The notes beneath the pieces are model-generated. The model was not told where the DNA came from. It saw only the letters and a list, made by a program, of their open reading frames with translations, and did not search any database. From Actinomycetes bacterium (GTDB lineage Bacteria; Actinomycetota; Actinomycetes; S36-B12), in NCBI GenBank assembly GCA_024639145.1, contig JAHEIZ010000008.1, forward strand, positions 11,754 through 75,753: a stretch of DNA of 64,000 nucleotides, read 5' to 3'. Positions 56,991 through 64,000 of the stretch are shown here, piece after piece; the first letter of the stretch is position 1; each line of letters opens with the position of its first letter. The position numbers and the translations under genes are program-made.

Positions 56991-57662
56991 ATGTTCCGAC
57001 GCATTGGCTCGACTCTGTCCTCCCTGGCCAAGAACTGGGGAATGACCCAGAAGGCCTTCCCGGCCCTGCCCTTCGAGGTTGCGGGGTTCTTCATCCTCGG
57101 CGCCGTCGTCATCGGCCTGCCCTTGTACCTGCTGCTCGGCCCGGTCACCGGCATCATCGCCGCGATCCCCGCCGGCCTGCTCGCGGGCACGTTCTGGTTC
57201 AGCCGTCGCGCCATGAAGGCTGCCTACAAGCAGATTGAGGGCCAACCGGGTGCGGCCGGAGCAGTCGTCGGGTCGCTCCGCGGTGGCTGGATCGTCACCC
57301 CCGGCGTAGCGGTGACCAAGCAGCAGGACCTCATCACCCGTGTCGTCGGCAAGCCCGGTGTCATCTTGATCGGCGAGGGCTCCCCTTCACGCGTCGAGAG
57401 CCTGCTGGCGACTGAGCGCAAGAAGACCGCGCGCTGGCTGCCCGAGACGCCCATCTATGACATGCAGGTGGGCACCGAGGCCGGTCAGATTCCGCTCATG
57501 AAGCTGCAGCGCGAGCTCAACAAGCTGCCGCGCAACCTTCGCGGTGGCGAGATCACCGAGATTCGTCGACGCCTTGATGCTCTGGGCGGTGCTGCTGGCG
57601 CGCTGCCTATTCCCAAGGGGCCAATGCCGACGAGCGCAAGGTCGGTACGCCGACCGCGCTAG
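56991..57662 (+). CDS. DUF4191-family membrane protein (Rv2219-like)
   Basis: 223 aa. Two TM helices followed by QIEGQPGAAGAVVGSLRGGW and LPIPKG motifs. Confidence 0.7.
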   Translation: MFRRIGSTLSSLAKNWGMTQKAFPALPFEVAGFFILGAVVIGLPLYLLLGPVTGIIAAIPAGLLAGTFWFSRRAMKAAYKQIEGQPGAAGAVVGSLRGGWIVTPGVAVTKQQDLITRVVGKPGVILIGEGSPSRVESLLATERKKTARWLPETPIYDMQVGTEAGQIPLMKLQRELNKLPRNLRGGEITEIRRRLDALGGAAGALPIPKGPMPTSARSVRRPR

Positions 57663-57723
57663 CTCGTAAAGCTCGCCGTCGAGCGCACGGTCGGTACGCC
57701 GACCGCGCTAGCGGGTTCGGAAG
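57626..57723. repeat. About-49-bp tandem duplication copying the last 11 codons and stop of the DUF4191 gene
   Basis: 57626-57663 versus 57675-57712 is 36/38 identical. Each copy contains the hairpin ggtcgg-tacg-ccgacc and the sequence gcgctagc. Confidence 0.85.
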
Positions 57724-58115
57724 ACTCGCGAGCCCACGATCCGATCGTGCAGGCCGCGTCCGTCGTTGTCGTAGACCACGGCCGGGATCACCAGGCATAT
57801 CAGCAGGGTGCGCAAGGCCACTCGCCAGAGCGAGAGCCGCCCGCCAGTGACGGTCAGCACGCAGATACCCAGGATCCGCTGGCCGAAGGATGCCGTGGTC
57901 AGCCAGGTCAAGACGATCACCTCGAGGGCGAAGATCGACAAGATCCCGAAGCCCGATTCGGCCGAGCCGTAGGTCACTCCACGAAAAACCAGCAGGGAGA
58001 GCAGGGTGCTGGCCAGCCAGTCGAGGGCTATTGCCCCGGCACGGCGCCCGAGACCGGCCGGCGGGCCTGGGACTCCTGAGGCGGCTGGGGCTGTCGAATT
58101 CGCCTGTGACATCAC
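57708..58115 (-). CDS. RDD-family membrane protein
   Basis: 135 aa. RRAGAIALDWL start, three TM helices and the C-terminal GRGLHDRIVGSRV typical of RDD domains. Confidence 0.7.
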   Translation of the reverse strand: MMSQANSTAPAASGVPGPPAGLGRRAGAIALDWLASTLLSLLVFRGVTYGSAESGFGILSIFALEVIVLTWLTTASFGQRILGICVLTVTGGRLSLWRVALRTLLICLVIPAVVYDNDGRGLHDRIVGSRVFRTR

Positions 58116-58138
58116 TCCCGAACGCTAGCGCGGGGGCG

Positions 58139-58176
58139 TTAACACGGCTGAAACATTCGAGATACCGCGGCGATAT
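58139..58176. promoter_or_regulatory. Candidate GlnR operator (two a-b site pairs at exact 11-bp phasing) upstream of glnA
   Basis: TTAAC-n6-GAAAC-n6-GATAC-n6-GATAT compared with the actinomycete GlnR consensus gTnAc-n6-GaAAc-n6-GtnAC-n6-GAAAc. It lies 108-145 nt upstream of the glnA ATG. Confidence 0.4.
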
Positions 58177-58283
58177 TCGATCCCCGTACCCTGACGGATG
58201 TTCCGGTGGCAACCGCCACCACGCGAGGCGAAGTACCCCGATCGGGTACACGAGGCGGCACCCCACAAGGTGCAGGAGGAAAT

Positions 58284-59708
58284 ATGTTCAAGAACGCACA
58301 TGAGGTCTTCGAGTTCATCAAGAAGGAGAACATCGAGTTCGTCGATGTTCGCTTCATCGACCTGCCCGGTGTTATGCAGCACTTCAACATGCCGGCATAC
58401 GCATTCGACGAGTCGGTCTTCAGCGACGGCCTGATGTTCGACGGCTCGTCGATCCGCGGCTTCCAGGCCATCAACGAGTCCGATATGAAGCTGATCCCGG
58501 ACCCCGCATCCGCATTCGTTGACCCCTTCCGCACGGCGAAGACCCTGGTCATCAACTTCTCGATCGTCGATCCCTACACCGGCGAGCCCTACAGCCGCGA
58601 TCCCCGCTCGGTCGCAGCCAAGGCCGAGGCCTACCTCGCCTCGACCGGCATCGCCGACACCGTCTACTTCGGCCCCGAGGCCGAGTTCTACGTCTTCGAC
58701 GACGTGCGCTTCGACTCCAACCAGCACGAGAGCTACTACCACATCGATTCGATCGAGGGTAAGTGGAATTCGGGCCGCAAGGAGGAGGGTGGAAACCTCG
58801 GCTACAAGACCCCCTACAAGGGCGGCTACTTCCCGGTTCCCCCGGTCGATCACTTCGCCGACATCCGCGACGAGATGGTCAACGCACTCAGCGGCGTGGG
58901 CCTGCACGTCGAGCGCTCTCACCATGAGGTGGGCACCGCCGGCCAGGGTGAGATCAACTACCGCTTCAACACGCTGACCCGTGCAGCCGACGAAGTAATG
59001 CTGTTCAAGTACATCATCAAGAACGTCGCGTGGCAGAACAACAAGTCGGCCACCTTCATGCCGAAGCCGCTCTTCGGCGACAACGGCTCGGGCATGCACT
59101 GCCACCAGTCGCTGTGGAAGAACGGCGAGCCGCTGTTCTACGACGAGCTCGGCTACGGCGGTCTCTCCGATCTCGCACGCTGGTACATCGGCGGTCTGCT
59201 GCACCATGCACCGTCACTGCTGGCCTTCACCAACCCGACCGTGAACTCGTACCATCGCCTGGTTCCGGGCTACGAGGCACCGGTCAACCTGGTGTACTCG
59301 GCACGCAACCGCTCGGCCTGCATCCGCATCCCGGTCACCGGCACCTCGCCGAAGGCCAAGCGCATCGAGTTCCGCGTGCCCGACCCGTCCTGCAACCCGT
59401 ACCTCGCCATGGCGGCAATGCTGATGGCCGGTATCGATGGCATCAAGAACAAGATCGAGCCGCTCGCACCGGTCGACAAGGATCTCTACGAGCTGCCGCC
59501 GGACGAGATGGCGAACATCCCGCAGGTTCCCGGCTCGCTCTCCGAGGTGCTCGACGCACTTGAGGCAGACAACGAGTACCTGCAGGCAGGTGGCGTGTTC
59601 CCGGCCGATCTCATCGAGACCTGGATCGAGTACAAGCGCACCAACGAGGTCGATGCGATTCGCCTGCGTCCGCATCCCCACGAGTTCGAGCTGTACTACG
59701 ACATCTAA
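58284..59708 (+). CDS. glnA: Glutamine synthetase type I
   Basis: 474 aa from ATG 58284, preceded by GGAGGA. It has [27 protein letters not shown] and the adenylylation-site region NLYELPP. The upstream 26 codons of the track ORF are rejected. Confidence 0.95.
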   Translation: MFKNAHEVFEFIKKENIEFVDVRFIDLPGVMQHFNMPAYAFDESVFSDGLMFDGSSIRGFQAINESDMKLIPDPASAFVDPFRTAKTLVINFSIVDPYTGEPYSRDPRSVAAKAEAYLASTGIADTVYFGPEAEFYVFDDVRFDSNQHESYYHIDSIEGKWNSGRKEEGGNLGYKTPYKGGYFPVPPVDHFADIRDEMVNALSGVGLHVERSHHEVGTAGQGEINYRFNTLTRAADEVMLFKYIIKNVAWQNNKSATFMPKPLFGDNGSGMHCHQSLWKNGEPLFYDELGYGGLSDLARWYIGGLLHHAPSLLAFTNPTVNSYHRLVPGYEAPVNLVYSARNRSACIRIPVTGTSPKAKRIEFRVPDPSCNPYLAMAAMLMAGIDGIKNKIEPLAPVDKDLYELPPDEMANIPQVPGSLSEVLDALEADNEYLQAGGVFPADLIETWIEYKRTNEVDAIRLRPHPHEFELYYDI

Positions 59709-59754
59709 AACAAGCTCCCTCCGCGTCGATTCGCCTCGCGCGCACGGGAATATG

Positions 59755-59784
59755 CAGGGCGGGCCACGAAAGTGGCCCGCCCTG
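59755..59784 (+). terminator. Intrinsic terminator of glnA
   Basis: cagggcgggccac-GAAA-gtggcccgccctg forms a 13-bp perfect stem with a GAAA tetraloop, followed by ttcattt. Confidence 0.75.
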
Positions 59785-59830
59785 TTCATTTATGACCCGC
59801 ATCCGAGGGACACCATGCGATAGTTCACAA

Positions 59831-61156
59831 ATGGGCGCTGATCTCGAGAGCACTGCGCCTATTCCCGTGGTCGCGGAGTCCACTCCGCCGATATCACCCC
59901 GTGTCCATGGCCCCACTCGCTCCATCGCGCTCGCCGTTATTGCTGCACTTCTGTGGTCAGCGGCTTTGTGGACAGGCTGGACCTTCCAGCGCACCTGGTC
60001 AGCATCCACTGGCGAGCCCGCCAGCGTCATCGTCGCGACCTGGATGCGCGATAACCACATGGGCCCGGTCGTCGCTCAGCTCGAGAATCTCTACTACCGC
60101 TATGTCGACAAGCCCAAGGTCGGCGGCGATCCGACCATCTCCGCGGATCTCTCTCAGGAAGATCCGGCTGAGACTGACACAGCAGACCTCGGGCCAAGCC
60201 CCGTTGCATCCGCAAGCGGTGGCGTGGCAAGCGCTGCGCCCAGCGCACCGGCTGAGCGGGATCATCTTCAGCCGCCTCCGCCGCTTATCTCTCCCGTCGC
60301 GAACCCTGAGCCCCTCGAAGGCCAGTGGCAGCCGGTCGCATCGAGGGTCGATGGCATTCCGGCCGTCTACGTCACACGGGTGCGGGCCGACGCTGAGCAC
60401 ACGTCGTACTACGCCTCGGTAATGTGGATCGATACGGTGCTGACGAAGGCATTGTTCGTTCCGGGCTACGAGGAGCCGGCCGGCGGGCCGAATCCCTACG
60501 ACGGCGCACTTCCCAAGACGCTCTGGCCATACGTGCTCGCGAACTTCAATGGGGCATTCCGACTCGAGGACACCCTGGGCGGCTACGCATACGACGGAGA
60601 AATCGTCGCCCCGTTGGTCAAGGGCAAGGGCACGACAGTCTTCTACCGCGATGGCAGAGTCAAGGTTGGCAAGTGGGGCCGCGACTTCCCTGAGATCACC
60701 GATGACATGATCGCGGTGCGACAGAACCTCAATTTGATCGTCGATAAGGGCGAGTCGAAGGTCAACAGCGCCAGCGACAACGTGGTGTGGGGCGCGACCA
60801 CCGACAAGGAAAGCCTCGCCTGGCGCGCGGCCATCGGTCAGCGCGAGGACGGCAGCATCGTCTACATCGGCTCGCCTTACCTGTCAGCGGCCGGACTTGC
60901 CGACACCCTCGTGAGCGCGGGCGTGCGCGAGGCGATGGTGCTCGACATGAACTCCTGGTGGACGGCCGGCTTCTACTTCCGACACGCGAAGGACGGCTCG
61001 CCGAAGTGCCGAAAGCTGGAACCCACGATTCCCGAGGGCTGCGATCGCTTCCTTCGCCCGTACAAGCGCGACAGCTTTCAATTCCTGGGTAATCCTGAAT
61101 CGGGCCTACTCGATACGACCTGGCCAGTTCCTCAGGCCTCGTCGACGACGCCGTAG
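59831..61156 (+). CDS. Membrane-anchored phosphodiester glycosidase-family (DUF2233-like) protein
   Basis: N-terminal TM helix, and a C-terminal region with NGAFRLED...GYAYDG, WRAAIGQREDGSIVY and AMVLDMNSWW. The start is ATG 59831 (the track ORF starts at 59792). Confidence 0.55.
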   Translation: MGADLESTAPIPVVAESTPPISPRVHGPTRSIALAVIAALLWSAALWTGWTFQRTWSASTGEPASVIVATWMRDNHMGPVVAQLENLYYRYVDKPKVGGDPTISADLSQEDPAETDTADLGPSPVASASGGVASAAPSAPAERDHLQPPPPLISPVANPEPLEGQWQPVASRVDGIPAVYVTRVRADAEHTSYYASVMWIDTVLTKALFVPGYEEPAGGPNPYDGALPKTLWPYVLANFNGAFRLEDTLGGYAYDGEIVAPLVKGKGTTVFYRDGRVKVGKWGRDFPEITDDMIAVRQNLNLIVDKGESKVNSASDNVVWGATTDKESLAWRAAIGQREDGSIVYIGSPYLSAAGLADTLVSAGVREAMVLDMNSWWTAGFYFRHAKDGSPKCRKLEPTIPEGCDRFLRPYKRDSFQFLGNPESGLLDTTWPVPQASSTTP

Positions 61157-64000
61157 AACACCCGATCAACCACACCGCGCGCGCGCCTGGTGATGCGTCG
61201 GTAATCCTCCAGGATCCGCCCCGAGTCACCGGGCGGGTACCCGATCACGTACCCGATACCGGCAAGCTCCTTCACGTCGGTGCTGAGCATGTCCGAGGGC
61301 ATGCCACGCACGAGCATCACCGCATTGCGCACTGCGGTGGCGAACAGCCAGGCGCTTCGCAGCTCAGCGGCATCATGCCTGGCCACCAACCCGAGTTCCT
61401 CGAGTTCATCGAGGGCTCGAAGCGTATGAGTAGTGCGCAGGCTCGGATACTCATGTCCATGCTGCATCTGCAGGAGCTGTACGACCCACTCCACATCGCT
61501 CAGCCCGCCGCGCCCGAGCTTGGTGTGCAAGGTGGAATCCGCGCCGCGAGGAAGTCGCTCCGACTCCATTCGCGCCTTCAGGCGACGCATCTCGCGCACA
61601 TCAGCATCCGGGAGACCGCCGTCGGGGTAGCGCAGCGGATCGATGAGCTCGATGAATCGCTCACCGAGATCGAGGTCACCGGCGGCAACGAATGCGCGCA
61701 GGAGAGCCTGGGCCTCCCAGGCAGATGACCAACGGTCGTAATACGCCGCATACGACGCCAGCGAGCGCACAAGCGGTCCGTTCTTGCCCTCCGGCCGAAG
61801 TCCGGCATCGATATCGAGGGGCGGATCACTGCTCGGCGCCATCAAGCGAGTGCGCAGCTCATTGGCCACCTGGAACGCCGCTTGATTTGCCTCGCTCTCA
61901 TCAGCACCTTCGAGGGGCTCATAGACGAACATGACGTCGGCATCGCTGCCGAAGCCGAGCTCGAGGCCGCCGAAGCGACCCATGCTGATGACCGTGAAGC
62001 GCATGGGAAGTGCGCGCCCCCACTCCCCCTCCAGATGCCGGATGACGGCACGAAGCGCACCTTCGACAGTCGCCGAGGCGATATCTGTCAGGGCAGGGCC
62101 GGATATGTCGACCACCATAGGATCCGAGCCGCCGAGAAGATCAGCGGCGGCAACACGGAAGAGTTCACGTCGACGCAGTGATCGAACGGCGGCAACGGCG
62201 TTCTCGATGTCGTCATGGCGTTCGGCGGCGGCAAGTGCTTCCGCATCAAGTGCCGCCTTCGCGCGCGGCATCAGATCGGTGTCGTCGGCGAGAAGCGAGA
62301 CCGACTCAGGCGCGCGTAGCAGCAGATCAGTCGCGTACCTACTGCTAGCCAGCACCCTGGCCATGCGTTCGGCCGCAGCCGACTCGTCACGCAGCAACCT
62401 CAAGTACCAGTGCGTCGAACCCAGTGCGTCGCTCACTCGACGGAAGCCGAGAAGCCCCGAGTCGGGATCCGGCGCATCCGCGAACCAGCCGAGCATGACG
62501 GGAAGGAGCGTGCGCTGGATCGCTGCGCGGCGACTCACACCCGAGGTCAGGGCCTCGAGATGACGAAGTGCACCCACCGGATCGAGGTAACCGAGAGCCT
62601 GCAGCCGCTGCTCCGCGGCCTGCGGAGTCAGGCGCGCCTCGCCTGCATCGAGTCGTGCGACCGCAGCGAGCAGCGGACGGTAGAAGAGCTTCTCGTGAAT
62701 GCGGCGCACTTCACGGGCGTGACGTCGCCAGGTGGCGACGAGCTCGGTCACGGGCTCACTGCGAAATCCCATCGAACGGCCGAGACGACGAAGATCCTGC
62801 TCGTCATCGGGCATGGTGTGCGTGCGACGGAGCCTGTGGAGCTGAATGCGGTGCTCGAGAGTACGCAGGAATTCGTATGCGTCGGAGAGCGCCCCTGCAT
62901 CATCGCGACCGACGTAGCCCCAAGTGGCGAGGGCCTCGAGCGCGACAAGGGTTGTCGAGCTTCGCAGCATGACATCGCTGCGGCCATGTACCAACTGGAG
63001 CAGCTGCACCGAGAACTCGACATCGCGCAAGCCGCCGGGGCCGAGCTTGAGCTCTCGCTCGGCGAGACGGGCGGGAATGTGCTGCTCGACTCGTCGGCGC
63101 ATGGCCTGGACATCCTCAACGAAACCGGGATGGTCGGCGGCGCTCCAGACGAAGGGGGCGATGGCGTCGACATATCTGTCGCCGAGCTCACGATCGCCGG
63201 CGCAGTACCGGGCCTTGAGCAGGGCCTGAAACTCCCATGTCTTGGCCCACCGCTCGTAGTAGCCGACGTGGGAACGCAGGGTGCGCACCAGTGCCCCCTG
63301 CTTGCCCTCCGGCCGAAGATTCGGGTCGACCTCCCAGATCGTGCCTTCGGTCGTCGCCTGATTGCAGGCGCGCATGAGCCCGGTAGCGAGTTGGGTCGCT
63401 GTGCGCAGCGCTCCCTCCTCATCGGACTCCGTCCACGGCTCCGCGACGAAGATGACGTCGACGTCGCTGACGTAATTGAGTTCACGCCCGCCGCACTTGC
63501 CCATTCCGATCACTGCGATGCGACATGGCACGGCGGTCGCCGGGAGTCCGGCGCGGGCAATGGCGAGCCCCGCCTCGAGAACTGCGTCTGCAAGATCGGA
63601 GAGCCAACTTGCCACCACGCCCATCGGGGCAAGTCCGGAGAGATCGCGCGCCGCGATGGCCAGCAACTGCTCGCGGTAGGCGATGCGCAGGGCATCGAGC
63701 ACCGAGACGTCATCTGACGATGCAACGGGGTCAGGCTGGAGCGGATCCGCGTCCACGGCACGCAGGAGGTGCTCACGCACGGCTTTCGCACCGGGGGCCT
63801 GGGCGATGCGCTCGCCGTCGGCCAGTACCTGCCACTGTTCGGGGTGACGGACCAGGAACTCGCCGAGCGCCTCCGACATCCCGAGCACGTCGATGAGTCG
63901 GCGGCAGACATCGGGCTCCGCAGTGATCGTCGCGACGACGCGCGCATGGAGTTGAGGTGGACAAGCCTCGAGGAAGCGAGACAGGAGCAGAAGTGCCTGA
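61132..64000 (-). CDS. glnE: Bifunctional glutamine synthetase adenylyltransferase/adenylyl-removing enzyme, 5-prime partial (continues past window end)
   Basis: Two nucleotidyltransferase modules (GMGKCGGRELNYVSDVDVIFV and SMGRFGGLELGFGSDADVMFV). The frame stays open upstream of the track ATG (63888) to position 64000, reading ...QALLLLSRFLEACPPQLH.... Confidence 0.9.
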   Translation of the reverse strand, partial: QALLLLSRFLEACPPQLHARVVATITAEPDVCRRLIDVLGMSEALGEFLVRHPEQWQVLADGERIAQAPGAKAVREHLLRAVDADPLQPDPVASSDDVSVLDALRIAYREQLLAIAARDLSGLAPMGVVASWLSDLADAVLEAGLAIARAGLPATAVPCRIAVIGMGKCGGRELNYVSDVDVIFVAEPWTESDEEGALRTATQLATGLMRACNQATTEGTIWEVDPNLRPEGKQGALVRTLRSHVGYYERWAKTWEFQALLKARYCAGDRELGDRYVDAIAPFVWSAADHPGFVEDVQAMRRRVEQHIPARLAERELKLGPGGLRDVEFSVQLLQLVHGRSDVMLRSSTTLVALEALATWGYVGRDDAGALSDAYEFLRTLEHRIQLHRLRRTHTMPDDEQDLRRLGRSMGFRSEPVTELVATWRRHAREVRRIHEKLFYRPLLAAVARLDAGEARLTPQAAEQRLQALGYLDPVGALRHLEALTSGVSRRAAIQRTLLPVMLGWFADAPDPDSGLLGFRRVSDALGSTHWYLRLLRDESAAAERMARVLASSRYATDLLLRAPESVSLLADDTDLMPRAKAALDAEALAAAERHDDIENAVAAVRSLRRRELFRVAAADLLGGSDPMVVDISGPALTDIASATVEGALRAVIRHLEGEWGRALPMRFTVISMGRFGGLELGFGSDADVMFVYEPLEGADESEANQAAFQVANELRTRLMAPSSDPPLDIDAGLRPEGKNGPLVRSLASYAAYYDRWSSAWEAQALLRAFVAAGDLDLGERFIELIDPLRYPDGGLPDADVREMRRLKARMESERLPRGADSTLHTKLGRGGLSDVEWVVQLLQMQHGHEYPSLRTTHTLRALDELEELGLVARHDAAELRSAWLFATAVRNAVMLVRGMPSDMLSTDVKELAGIGYVIGYPPGDSGRILEDYRRITRRARGVVDRVFYGVVDEA

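Overview
High-GC actinobacterial chromosome segment (probably Micrococcales-like; no taxon can be proven from sequence alone). It is densely packed with about 60 housekeeping genes. Gene order follows the conserved actinobacterial block known from M. tuberculosis Rv2176-Rv2221c: pknL-like tail, ogt, aroG, pfkA, glpK, plsC-like, glk, ArsA-like/SRPBCC, fadD15-like, GT87, RipC-like, trpD, ctaE, qcrCAB, ctaCDF, adoK, erpA, nadA, cobTS, gcvT, pepA, lpd, sucB, lipBA, glnA, glnE. I found no tRNA, rRNA, IS element, prophage or CRISPR array. Many long ORFs in the six-frame track are antisense or alternate-frame artefacts of the GC-rich sequence, and several real genes start well inside their track ORF. 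The most interesting locus is 36.8-45.6 kb. A clear cobalamin riboswitch precedes eight translationally coupled genes: a secreted alpha/alpha-toroid (prenyltransferase-like) protein, a membrane-anchored secreted partner, a dedicated ECF importer (T, fused A-A', S), a PhnP-like metallo-beta-lactamase domain fused to CobU, then CobT and CobS. I interpret this as a corrinoid capture, import and remodelling module whose capture proteins and phosphodiesterase-CobU fusion appear uncharacterised. Secondary observations: an IscS-like protein lacking the PLP lysine paired with a TusA-like protein; an ArsA-like protein with a lysine-less P-loop; two independent 47-49 bp tandem duplications of gene 3-prime ends; a candidate GlnR box upstream of glnA; and a P450/HelD/L,D-transpeptidase insertion between qcrB and ctaF. 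All functional calls rest on by-eye motif recognition and synteny; no searches were run.
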